A stretch of 64,000 nt of DNA. It comes from a virus (Duplodnaviria > Heunggongvirae > Uroviricota > Caudoviricetes). The stretch spans positions 30,710 to 94,709 of IMG/VR virus record IMGVR_UViG_3300021399_000109, one strand, 5' to 3'. Positions 24,595 to 33,978 of the stretch are shown here, one piece after another (the first letter of the stretch is position 1; each line of letters starts with the position of its first letter). The notes under the pieces are model-generated. The model made no database searches, was not told the DNA's origin, and saw only the letters and a list, made by a program, of their open reading frames with translations. Both the position numbers and the translations under genes were made by a program.

Positions 24595-24774
24595 TTAGAG
24601 ATTTAAGGCATTTGTATGTATTACTTTAATTTCTTTGCCCTCAAAAACAATTTTTGCATCATTTAAAAATGTCCAACCACTTGAATCACTAGAAACTAAT
24701 TGGAAACCTTCTTCAATTAATTTCTTTTTAGTTTCTTCATCTGTGGTTTTAATAAAAGTAGTTTTATTATTCAT
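24595..24774 (-). CDS. Small hypothetical protein (59 aa, MNNKTTFIKTTDEETKKKLIEEGF...)
   Basis: Hand-translated; fills the gap between portal and protease. Confidence 0.6.
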   Translation of the reverse strand: MNNKTTFIKTTDEETKKKLIEEGFQLVSSDSSGWTFLNDAKIVFEGKEIKVIHTNALNL

Positions 24775-24777
24775 CTT

Positions 24778-26385
24778 TTATCCCCTCGCAGTTTCTCTTT
24801 TTGTTCTACTAGCTTCTCCATCATCTGTTAAATCTGTATTATCAGAAGTTGGTCTTCCACCTGTAACGGGGTCAGTTGTACCACTACTGACTTCATCAGA
24901 ACCTGAAGTAAAGCTAGAGTTTAAAGGATAAATAAATTTATCTTGTAATCCTAAAACTTCATTTTCAAGATAATTTAAAGCTAATGTATCTAATTCACTA
25001 AATCCATTTAAAGTATTGTAAGCCAGTTTAGTAGGCAAAGAATATTGAGCCGCTTCTAATAAAGATTTTTTTAAATCATCCTGAGTATAAATAGAAGCAT
25101 GAAGAAATTTTACTTTAGACGGATTAGAAACATAATAATGCATAAAAGTATTTACATAAGCTTGAGTTTGGGGAAGTAAGGATGCTATTGCAAATTCTGT
25201 GTCTACTTTTAAAGCAGTCAAAACTTCAGTCGTACCAGTTAGTTCTGTTGAATTAAGAACTTGACCACCACCACCAGAATTAAGAATATTTTTTGTAGCA
25301 TTAGATACCCTGTTTACATCATTAGTATCATTATCATCAAAATTAATAGTCTGTAATTTTCCCGGCACAATAGCCGCAGAAGTATACGAAGGTAAAGCTT
25401 CATTTAACATTCTATTAAAATACTTAATTGCTAATTCAGGGTCAACTTTCCAATCATCAATATTCTTAGAACCTGTAATAGTCTCTAATTCTAACCATAC
25501 TAATTTATAAATAGCTTGTGCATCAGCTATTGCCTGAATATCTTTAACGTCTTCTAATTGAATTAAATCAGGCAGTAATCCCATAAAAGGTAAAATATGA
25601 AGTTGCCAATCTTCAGCACTATATTTTAAACAACAAGAATACTCTTCAGGAACTATCTGCCATCTCCCATTCATAGTATCTTTTTGATATTCTTTATACA
25701 TTGATTGAAATGGTTCACCTAATAATTCAAGCATGTATTCATTGGTTCCTGTAAAATAATCCATTCTCATTGCAAAGCAATAAGTTCCCCTCATATACCG
25801 TCCTTTAATTTGACAATAATCAGCAGGAAGTGGCATAATAAAGAATCCTGTATCATCATAAAAATGAACTCCATAAAAAACATCTTGAATAAAGCATGTA
25901 AGATATACTTTCAACATCTCTCTACGCAATTCCATATTATCTAATGTAACAAGTGTTTCATAATAAGACGATAATATATCATCCGTATTATTATCTTCTG
26001 TTAAAGAATAATTAGGAATTACAGACCTTGCATCTAGATTAAACATAGAAGCATTATAAATGACCAATCTCCTGTAAAGCTGAGAACGATACAAAAGATA
26101 CCATGAAAGATTTCTTAATCTGCTTTCATTACTTCCTACATTTCGTAAATAAGTAAGAATATCTTCTTTCGAAAAAGCATTTGTGGTTTTAGTCGGTGTC
26201 CTTTGTAAGTCTGTCAATAATTTTAATCCTTCTTCAGCTTTTTCAAAATTAATTTGAGTTAATTCATTAGCATGTTGGCTAAAAAAATTTCTCGCTTCAG
26301 AAGCTGACATTCTTTTATTATTTTCATTGATATTAGAAGGTGCTGTGTTATTAACACCTTTTTTTCTTTTCATTTGTCGTGCCAA
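24778..26385 (-). CDS. Portal protein
   Basis: 535 aa directly after terminase; SPbeta-like order. Confidence 0.75.
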   Translation of the reverse strand: MARQMKRKKGVNNTAPSNINENNKRMSASEARNFFSQHANELTQINFEKAEEGLKLLTDLQRTPTKTTNAFSKEDILTYLRNVGSNESRLRNLSWYLLYRSQLYRRLVIYNASMFNLDARSVIPNYSLTEDNNTDDILSSYYETLVTLDNMELRREMLKVYLTCFIQDVFYGVHFYDDTGFFIMPLPADYCQIKGRYMRGTYCFAMRMDYFTGTNEYMLELLGEPFQSMYKEYQKDTMNGRWQIVPEEYSCCLKYSAEDWQLHILPFMGLLPDLIQLEDVKDIQAIADAQAIYKLVWLELETITGSKNIDDWKVDPELAIKYFNRMLNEALPSYTSAAIVPGKLQTINFDDNDTNDVNRVSNATKNILNSGGGGQVLNSTELTGTTEVLTALKVDTEFAIASLLPQTQAYVNTFMHYYVSNPSKVKFLHASIYTQDDLKKSLLEAAQYSLPTKLAYNTLNGFSELDTLALNYLENEVLGLQDKFIYPLNSSFTSGSDEVSSGTTDPVTGGRPTSDNTDLTDDGEASRTKRETARG

Positions 26386-26400
26386 AACAGCACCCCCTTT

Positions 26401-27948
26401 TTAAATTTTTTTCTTTCCATATGTTCCTCTACGAATAGGTAAACTATTCAATAAAGAATCCACACTATTATTTTTAGGTTTCAATTCTAATTCTAATTGA
26501 CGCATACACCAAAAATTATAAGCTATAGAAGAGTATCTATCTTTTCTATAACCACTAGGTTCTACTACAGTAATTTGACCATTTTTAACAAAGTGTTTTA
26601 ATTTTATTAATTCATAAATAGCCATAGTAGTTTCAGCATAAGGCATTTTCATTTCGTCTTGCTGTTTAGGAAGTAATTTTTTATAAGGCTTATAATCTTT
26701 GGCGATTATATCATCAATTCCCATTTCTTGAACCAAGAAATTAATTCTACCATTTTTGATACCATTACGTAATAAAATAGCAATTTCATTGTTAAAAGCG
26801 GTTGTAGCTTTTACACACCAAACAACTTTATTAGCATCTTTAACTTTACACCTATCAGCCATATCTTGATTATTTTTAGCTGTTAAAGCTTTATATACTT
26901 TTCCTGTTTCTGGGTCATATTGGTCTTTAATAATAAAGTCGTACACACCCAAGCCGTTGCCATTTGTATCGAGTACCAAATCTGTACAATGATATTCATA
27001 GAAATATCTCATTACTATTAAACCAATTTCATCTGTAGTTTTACCCTCAAATGTTTCACCAAAAACAAAGTTAGCCTGATAAGTTACATCTGTTGCACGT
27101 AACGCATCATTTATATAAATAGCTGTAGCATCATTTCTTTTACTTCTGCTAGATGCCATTAAAGCTATATCTACTGACAATATTCGTTTATTCTGGAAAG
27201 AAACTTTTGGCACAGGAATACTTTCATTATAAAATTTTAAAGGGTATAATCCCTTTTTTAATCTTCTAATTTGATTTAAATCATTAAATTTAAATAAACC
27301 ACCATCAGTATCTCCAAACCATAAACATTCCATTTCCATTTGGTCAAGAATTTCATTATAATCGGCTTCTGAACGTTCATCTTCAACTTGTGAACGCATT
27401 AATAAACCTTCTTTTATAGAAACTTGATAAGGTATTCCACATATAAAATATTTTTTAGTATCATCAAAAAAGTTTACAGTATATGTCTTTGCCTTTTCAT
27501 ATAATTCTGAACTCTTAAAATAAGCAGAAGACATATATATTTCTTTATTTCTTTCTTGAAGATGTGCATATTCAGGCTTATCTAAATATTTAGGATGTCT
27601 TGGAGAAGTTAAGAATTTTCTTAATACTGTATTTAAAGTATTTTTATCTACTAACCTAGCTTCATCAATAATTAATATATTCGCTCTGGCAGAACGAGCA
27701 TTATCATTTGAAACTCTTGTTGTAATTATAGAACCATTTTTAAAAACTACTATAGCATCATTTTGCCCTATTTTACAGACTAATATTTCTTGTCGTAAAA
27801 TAGAAGATTGTTTCATAAAAATATTCTCTATTTTTAATAGGACTTCGTTAGCTTGTTTAATTGTACCAGAACTAACTACAATCATAGTTTCTGGGTATAA
27901 AATCGCTCTGACACAGCAAAAGATGGCTGTAAGCCAAGTTTTTCCTTG
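26401..27948 (-). CDS. terL: Terminase large subunit, exon 2
   Basis: QGKTWLTAIFCC... then Walker B ILIIDEARL, coupling motif YMSSA and nuclease SVDIA...KDRYSS. Frame extends 21 codons upstream of the ORF-track start. Confidence 0.92.
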   Translation of the reverse strand, partial: QGKTWLTAIFCCVRAILYPETMIVVSSGTIKQANEVLLKIENIFMKQSSILRQEILVCKIGQNDAIVVFKNGSIITTRVSNDNARSARANILIIDEARLVDKNTLNTVLRKFLTSPRHPKYLDKPEYAHLQERNKEIYMSSAYFKSSELYEKAKTYTVNFFDDTKKYFICGIPYQVSIKEGLLMRSQVEDERSEADYNEILDQMEMECLWFGDTDGGLFKFNDLNQIRRLKKGLYPLKFYNESIPVPKVSFQNKRILSVDIALMASSRSKRNDATAIYINDALRATDVTYQANFVFGETFEGKTTDEIGLIVMRYFYEYHCTDLVLDTNGNGLGVYDFIIKDQYDPETGKVYKALTAKNNQDMADRCKVKDANKVVWCVKATTAFNNEIAILLRNGIKNGRINFLVQEMGIDDIIAKDYKPYKKLLPKQQDEMKMPYAETTMAIYELIKLKHFVKNGQITVVEPSGYRKDRYSSIAYNFWCMRQLELELKPKNNSVDSLLNSLPIRRGTYGKKKI

Positions 27949-28237
27949 CGAATGTTATTAACTATAGGCTTTTTATCCTATACTCTGGAGGTTTCCCTCA
28001 TTTTCATCAATTGGTCATTTCCAATTCAGTCTAGCATACATTTTTACCTTCGACTTTACGTTAAGGTAGAACGGACTCGTGGGATATTATATTTATTCAA
28101 TCCTATGCGTTACGGTGAGCCACAACCTCTTCGTTATTTGTGCTTTACCTCGGTATTAGCATATATTCTCAATACTTAGCCTTTACCGATTTTCCGTTCT
28201 TTATTACCTACATATTTCTATGCAGGAGAGCCATTTG
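27949..28237 (-). ncRNA. ORF-less group I intron (289 nt) in terL Walker A
   Basis: Exon ends GGU and intron ends ...UUCG. P2 CUGCAUA-GAAA-UAUGUAG; 8-bp P3 AGAACGGA/UCCGUUCU (28193-28200 with 28068-28075); P7 GCAUA/UAUGC. Removal gives LAARG|QGKT. Confidence 0.9.
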
Positions 28238-28450
28238 ACCCCTTGCCGCCAAATACATTATATAATTATAGTGCATCATAACATATAGAAGAATTTTTTG
28301 AAATAATTTTAAATGTATTTCTAAAACTTCTTCAACAAATCTATGCGGATTTGCTCTATAAAAACCTGCTCTCCAAGCTACAGTTTCCATTATCTTTTGG
28401 GCTTTATCTGCTTCTAATTCCTGAACAGATTTTTTTCTTTCTTCAATCAT
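28238..28450 (-). CDS. terL: Terminase large subunit, exon 1 (71 codons)
   Basis: YRANPHRFVEEVLEIHLKLFQKILL...YLAARG terminase N-terminus; spliced product 586 aa. Confidence 0.9.
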
Positions 28451-29502
28451 AATTCAGAGTTCCCAAATATTTTATTAAATAAACTTTCGGAAGTAGGGTC
28501 TTCTCCATTATATTCTGGTTTATTTACAGTATATTTCCCAATAAATTTATCATACAATGCAGAAAAACCATTTTTTAATTCCATCATCTTTGCTAAATGC
28601 CCTTTAAAGAATACATCAATATAAAGCCCAATTTTATCAATATCCTTAAAATCCCCTTCAGGTTCGGGAATGGGTTTTTCATCTTCCCATTTAGCAATTA
28701 ATTGTCCAAAAGTTAAAGTGTCAGTTAATCCATCTCCTTCAGATTGATTAGGCTTAATATTTAATGAACCCATCATATCCTGTAAATCTTTATATAATTT
28801 AGAAGTATCGGCTTCACGTTTCTGAGCTTTATCTATTTCTAATTGTTTGCAACAAATACCTTGAAATAATATTTCTTGGCTTTTTGTATCACAAGGATAA
28901 CGACTTACCCAATCCTCATATTCCTTTTCTAAAAATACTAAATCTTCTTGTGGATAAGCCCCAAATCTTTTTCTACCTTTTTTAATTAATTCTTTTTTAT
29001 TTTCTTCTTCATCTTCCCCATCTTCAGTAACCTTAGTATATCCAAAATCTGAATTTTTCCAAGTATCCCCTTTATATTGAGGAAGACTAGATATTTGAAC
29101 TAAATAAACCTTAAAAGCTGAATTTTTAGGTCGTTCTCCAGTATTATCTAATGTACCTTTAACACAATCTTCATATAAAGAATTATAATAAGGTTTATTC
29201 ATCATATGTAATACCATTTGAACAGATTCTTTTGTTTCATTTGGTTTATCTTTTTTATCATTTCTTTGTTCTACCATTTGTAAAAGGCAATCTTTACAGA
29301 TAGGAAAATAACCAGAAGCATATTCATTATGATGATAAAAAGATAGTTTAGATTTAAAAGTATTACATCTATGACAATATGGAAAAGTTATTTCTTTTAA
29401 TTTATTGTAATAATCAGCAAGTTTAACATACGACTTTCTAACTTCTGCTACACCTGCTTTTTTGACTTCTTCTTCAGTTAAAGCATCCATTAAAAATGCC
29501 AT
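28447..29502 (-). CDS. Hypothetical protein with Cys motifs (terminase small subunit candidate)
   Basis: 351 aa coupled to terL; CHRC and CKDC; position only. Confidence 0.4.
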   Translation of the reverse strand: MAFLMDALTEEEVKKAGVAEVRKSYVKLADYYNKLKEITFPYCHRCNTFKSKLSFYHHNEYASGYFPICKDCLLQMVEQRNDKKDKPNETKESVQMVLHMMNKPYYNSLYEDCVKGTLDNTGERPKNSAFKVYLVQISSLPQYKGDTWKNSDFGYTKVTEDGEDEEENKKELIKKGRKRFGAYPQEDLVFLEKEYEDWVSRYPCDTKSQEILFQGICCKQLEIDKAQKREADTSKLYKDLQDMMGSLNIKPNQSEGDGLTDTLTFGQLIAKWEDEKPIPEPEGDFKDIDKIGLYIDVFFKGHLAKMMELKNGFSALYDKFIGKYTVNKPEYNGEDPTSESLFNKIFGNSEL

Positions 29503-29536
29503 ATTATATCACCTTCCTTTTTATTCATTTTTAAAA

Positions 29537-29607
29537 AGCCCCTGCTCAGATTTGAACTGAGATTTACTGATTGGAAATCAGTGAGCCTACCATTAGCCGA
29601 CAAGAGC
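29537..29607 (-). tRNA. tRNA-Gly (anticodon TCC)
   Basis: GCTCTTG/CAGGGGC acceptor, ACTGA-TTTCCAA-TCAGT anticodon arm, CTCAG-TTCAAAT-CTGAG T arm, U73; CCA not encoded. Confidence 0.85.
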
Positions 29608-29646
29608 ATATAATAGTGGAAAGATTATTACCCTCCCACTATATAG

Positions 29647-30858
29647 TTAATCTATTATAAACTTATAAGTTTCATTATGTCCATATATTTCATTAAATCC
29701 AAATATTTTTACAGCCCCATGAGTTCTTTTTAAAATTGAATGACTATAAGGGTCTGCTCCAATAAAAGATGGACATACTAATACTTCTTTATCAAAAGTT
29801 GAATAAGCGCCAATTGTAATTTCTTTAGAACAATGTTCATGCCCAATAATAAGATAATCTACAGGTTTTGCTAAATAATTGCTAACATCATCAATAGCTT
29901 TATCTATATTTTTTAATTGATGCCCATGCATAGCATAAATATCATGCGAGTCAATATCCAATTGAATATACATTTGATTTGTATTTGGCAATTTTACTTC
30001 TATTCGTTTATTATCACGCAACAAATCTTTAATATAATGACCAATAATATATTCTACGTCTTCTTCTGCTAATTCATTTGCTTTAGCGTTAAAAGCACGT
30101 ATTTGACTATGATTAGCCCTACCACAGTGATAATAAACAATTTCCGTTACAGAAGATAATTTATTTAAAAATTCTGCAATTAATCTACTTATCTCTACAA
30201 TGGTTCTAACCATAGATGTTTCATTTATTCTTAAATCATTTAAATGAATTAATCCTTGTATAGTATCGCCAAGTTCTAATACATGAAGACGAGTAACCTT
30301 TTTATTTTTTATAAAAAGAATCATTTCATTTAGAAGATAGTCAAAACGTTCTTGTACAATTTCCATTGAATATTCATCGCATCCTTCTTTAAATTTAGCA
30401 CCTGCATGAATATCTGCCAAACACAATACATATTCCTCTTTAAACTTGACTTCAATATTTTTTAAATCTTCAACAGATAAAGGAGAAAAAGAAACTAAAG
30501 GCAGAGAAATTATATTATCAGCAATTTGTTCATAAAATAATTCCCGTCTAGCTTCTTCTCTATCATATTTATTTCTTTCAACATTTAAAGCTTGTATTTT
30601 TTTTCGCTCTTTTTTTAAAGCGTTAATTTTATCATCTAAATCTGGATATTCAGAATTATTTTTTTTCAATCCTTCTTCATAACCTGCCTGATAAGCCTTA
30701 TACCACTTTCTATACTTAGATTCAGAATAGCTTTTGTTCAATAAATCATTTAATATATCCTTTACATCTGTCCAAGTACCAAGTTCATCTTTTAAAGAAC
30801 ACACACGATAAATTAAAGACTCATCAGATTCATTAGGCAATCTTTTTATATCTGTCAT
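29647..30858 (-). CDS. Calcineurin-like metallophosphoesterase
   Basis: ADIHAG, LGDTIQG, ANH, MHGH and GHEH motifs. Confidence 0.85.
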   Translation of the reverse strand: MTDIKRLPNESDESLIYRVCSLKDELGTWTDVKDILNDLLNKSYSESKYRKWYKAYQAGYEEGLKKNNSEYPDLDDKINALKKERKKIQALNVERNKYDREEARRELFYEQIADNIISLPLVSFSPLSVEDLKNIEVKFKEEYVLCLADIHAGAKFKEGCDEYSMEIVQERFDYLLNEMILFIKNKKVTRLHVLELGDTIQGLIHLNDLRINETSMVRTIVEISRLIAEFLNKLSSVTEIVYYHCGRANHSQIRAFNAKANELAEEDVEYIIGHYIKDLLRDNKRIEVKLPNTNQMYIQLDIDSHDIYAMHGHQLKNIDKAIDDVSNYLAKPVDYLIIGHEHCSKEITIGAYSTFDKEVLVCPSFIGADPYSHSILKRTHGAVKIFGFNEIYGHNETYKFIID

Positions 30859-30866
30859 AAATCTGA

Positions 30867-31541
30867 TTACTCCTTTTCTTCTTTTATAATAACTGTATCA
30901 GGTTTATAAAAATCAGTAAAAGAATTAATTACTTCACCAACATTATATTTAACAATTTCATCAGTGGTTAAATACCAATCTTTTCTTCTATTTTTATTAA
31001 AGGTTTTAACATCAATAGTAGTATGTTTTAAAATAAAATCTTTCATACCATCTATTTGACGTTGATAATTTTTTTTGGCTTCTTCAATTTGTTCTGCTGT
31101 TCCTTGAAGAACTCCACTACCACTATGAACTAAAAGTTGTGAATGATTAAATACAAATCTACGTTTACCACTTAAAAATATAAGAAAACCTGCTGACATA
31201 GACGCTCCCATAGCTATCGTATAAATAGGGATACGACTAGATTCAACTAAATCACAAAAGAAATTTGTTTGTTCTAAATCACCACCATAACTATGAATAA
31301 ATAAATAAATAGGCTTTAATGATTCTTCTGGAATATTAATTTCATCCATGTTAAATTGAATAATTAATTTACTAAGTTCTAATAATTCATAATCATCTTC
31401 AATTTCATAATCTATATAAAAAGTCCTGTTTTTATAATTATTCCAATATAAGACTTCATCTGGACTTGGTAAAACAGTTTCATTATTATTTTGTAATAAT
31501 GAAAGTATTTCTTTTGGAATTGTAAAGTTAATTTGTTCCAT
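30867..31541 (-). CDS. clpP: ClpP-like protease
   Basis: YLFIHSYGGD, AMGASMSAG (catalytic Ser) and LLVH (catalytic His). Confidence 0.85.
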   Translation of the reverse strand: MEQINFTIPKEILSLLQNNNETVLPSPDEVLYWNNYKNRTFYIDYEIEDDYELLELSKLIIQFNMDEINIPEESLKPIYLFIHSYGGDLEQTNFFCDLVESSRIPIYTIAMGASMSAGFLIFLSGKRRFVFNHSQLLVHSGSGVLQGTAEQIEEAKKNYQRQIDGMKDFILKHTTIDVKTFNKNRRKDWYLTTDEIVKYNVGEVINSFTDFYKPDTVIIKEEKE

Positions 31542-31575
31542 ATATATTACTCCTTTTTAATCCTTTTTTTTATTT

Positions 31576-32457
31576 TTATTCGAATAAATTAGCAAACATT
31601 TTACTAGTTGTACTACGAACATCTTCCCCTAAATAGATACATCCAAATAAAGGGTTCCCTCTTAATTCATTACACATTTTTACTAAAGGATTATTCTCAT
31701 ATCTTTTAAATTCATCTTGTTTATAATCCCCAGAAAAAACAATTCGACCACTTTCTCCTATCCTAGTACCTGCTAATTTAATTTGGTCTTCTGTTAAATC
31801 TTCTGCTTCATCAACTATCATAACCGCATTATTATATGTTGTTCCCTTTAAATAATAAAAAATATTTGATTCTAAAACACCTTGGCGTTTTAAAACATCT
31901 ACTTCTATTTCTCCTCCGTCTAATTGTTGAGCCAAAGGGAGAAAAAGTAAATTAGTCTTATCTTCTAAATCACCTTTTAAAAATCCGACTTCTTTGCCAG
32001 AACCAAGTGCTTCTCTAATAAGAACCATTCTAGAATACCAATCTTTTTCTTTAACTCCGTACAATCCCATCTTCATAGAGATATAGCTTTTACCACTACC
32101 ATATCCCCCTAAAATTGCACAAGCAGTAATATTTTTATTATTTAATAAGTCTAAACCGCAACGTTGCAAAGCATTCTTACCTTTAATATAATCACTAGGA
32201 GGAAGTTTTAATTTAATAAATTTTTCCCCATCAAAACGCATTTCTTTTTCAGAATTATCGTCTATATTTTGAATAAGAATATATTCATTAATAACAAATG
32301 ATTTTATATAATTTTCATCTACCATCATTTGATTAATATATTCTGTATTACCTTTAAGGACTTTATATCCCTTGTAAAAATTTTTATCCATAAGATTTAA
32401 ATCACTTTCTTTATATAATATTATAATATTATTTTTTAGCATAAATAGATTGGTCAT
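31576..32457 (-). CDS. phoH: PhoH-family ATPase
   Basis: GGYGSGKS, GFLKGDLEDK, LKGTTY, IVDEAEDLT and SGDYKQ. Confidence 0.9.
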   Translation of the reverse strand: MTNLFMLKNNIIILYKESDLNLMDKNFYKGYKVLKGNTEYINQMMVDENYIKSFVINEYILIQNIDDNSEKEMRFDGEKFIKLKLPPSDYIKGKNALQRCGLDLLNNKNITACAILGGYGSGKSYISMKMGLYGVKEKDWYSRMVLIREALGSGKEVGFLKGDLEDKTNLLFLPLAQQLDGGEIEVDVLKRQGVLESNIFYYLKGTTYNNAVMIVDEAEDLTEDQIKLAGTRIGESGRIVFSGDYKQDEFKRYENNPLVKMCNELRGNPLFGCIYLGEDVRSTTSKMFANLFE

Positions 32458-32635
32458 CAGAATTAATATATGACTGAATTAATCTATTATTTCTATATTC
32501 ATTTAAACACTTTACAGCATCATAATATTCACTCATATAATAAGAATGTCCATGTACTGTTTTATGTAAAGTAGAACCAAATTTAAATCCTTGTTTTTGC
32601 AAATAATTACTTTCTTGCTTACTAATTTTTATCAT
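32429..32635 (-). CDS. Small hypothetical protein
   Basis: 68 aa ORF with RBS. Confidence 0.6.
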   Translation of the reverse strand: MIKISKQESNYLQKQGFKFGSTLHKTVHGHSYYMSEYYDAVKCLNEYRNNRLIQSYINSDDQSIYAKK

Positions 32636-32682
32636 TATTTTTTCCCTTTTCTAATTAATTATAAATTTAGTCATAAGACTAG

Positions 32683-32755
32683 CGATTCTAACGGGATTTG
32701 AACCCATCTCTCTAGCGTGACAGGCTAGTGTTTTATCCTAATAAACTATAGAACC
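32683..32755 (-). tRNA. tRNA-Asp (anticodon GTC)
   Basis: GGTTCTA/TAGAATC acceptor, CTAGC-CTGTCAC-GCTAG anticodon arm, TTCAAAT T loop, G73. Confidence 0.9.
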
Positions 32756-32832
32756 TTATACAAAAAAGGGCTAATAAAACATTTTGTTTCTAATGTTCTA
32801 TTAGCCCATGCACTCAAAAAAAACGAAAGGAA

Positions 32833-32906
32833 TAGCAGGTGTGGGATTTGAACCCACGGTCTTTAGGTTATGAGCCTAACGAGATGCCGGACTTCTCTAA
32901 CCTGCG
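32833..32906 (-). tRNA. tRNA-Met (CAT), initiator-like
   Basis: C1xU72 mismatch, A11-U24, TTAGG-CTCATAA-CCTAA anticodon arm, GTGGG-TTCAAAT-CCCAC T arm. Confidence 0.85.
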
Positions 32907-33137
32907 ATATAAAAAAAGACCTTGTATATTTCAACAAGGTCTTTAAACAAATAAACAACGAATTATTAATTAAATGACATTTATTAATTATATTATATTA
33001 ACACATTATATTACCACAAAGCACAATGACAACCAAATTAAAACCAAATCAAATAAGGAGGAGGTGAGATGAAACATATAACACTAATTACCATAGCATA
33101 AAAAATAATTAATAATTCGTTTGAGAGAAAATCTATA

Positions 33138-33437
33138 TTATTCGTTAACAGCTTCTTTAAGATGCTTGCCAATCTTACACTTAACCACTCGCTTACTAGG
33201 CACTTCTATAGTTCCACCAGTCTGAGGATTCCTACAAACTCTGGCATCTCTAGTAGCAGTAGTTAAACTTAAACCGTCAAAAAGTTTAACCTCTTCACCA
33301 TCAGCAAGAGTATCATATACTACATCTTTAACATTATCCATCACAGCTTTAATATCTTTCTGTGAAAAACCAGTTCTAAAAGCAATAACCTTAATTAAAT
33401 TCGCACTATTCATTTTTTTAATCTCCTTTTTATCCAT
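33138..33437 (-). CDS. hup: HU/IHF-family DNA-binding protein
   Basis: LIKVIA...GEEVKLFDG...RDARVCRNPQTGGTIEVP HU signature. Confidence 0.92.
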   Translation of the reverse strand: MDKKEIKKMNSANLIKVIAFRTGFSQKDIKAVMDNVKDVVYDTLADGEEVKLFDGLSLTTATRDARVCRNPQTGGTIEVPSKRVVKCKIGKHLKEAVNE

Positions 33438-33472
33438 TTTATTTTTTATTTATTTATATTTATAAATAATTA

Positions 33473-33814
33473 TCAACCAAAAATATTGTTTGCAATTTCA
33501 GAACTTTTATCATCTAATACATTATAAGAAGTAATATAATTAACTCGTTCATTTCCATCTTTATCTGTAGTAGTAATTTTAATACCCTTACATTCAGGAT
33601 TTGTACAAGTCATAATATTAGTATTAGGAATAAAATCCATCATAGCACCACAAGCCTTACACTTATGTCTCTTACAAAATTTTTCTTGTTGACTAATTAA
33701 TTTATCTTTATTTTTTGTTTTTTTAGAGACAGGTTTACAACCAAAATCTTTAGCTACTTCTTCGAAAGAATTATAATGTGCAGTTGTATTCTTGTCTAAT
33801 CTATAATTATTCAT
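33473..33814 (-). CDS. Zn-ribbon hypothetical protein
   Basis: CKACG...CTNPEC. Confidence 0.6.
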   Translation of the reverse strand: MNNYRLDKNTTAHYNSFEEVAKDFGCKPVSKKTKNKDKLISQQEKFCKRHKCKACGAMMDFIPNTNIMTCTNPECKGIKITTTDKDGNERVNYITSYNVLDDKSSEIANNIFG

Positions 33815-33978
33815 TTTTATTCTCCTATAATTTAATTTATTTTTTTATTATTTTTTATATATCTTTTTTCCCTATCATATATTAACAATTTGCACCTTTA
33901 AAAAACACTTATTTTTATTGATTTTTTTAAGGGTAATTTTCATTCGGTGTACATAATAAAAATAAAAAGTTATATTTA

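Noticed and set aside
28208-28450. 80-aa ORF as a separate gene or small terminase
   Set aside because: It is terL exon 1 read into the intron.
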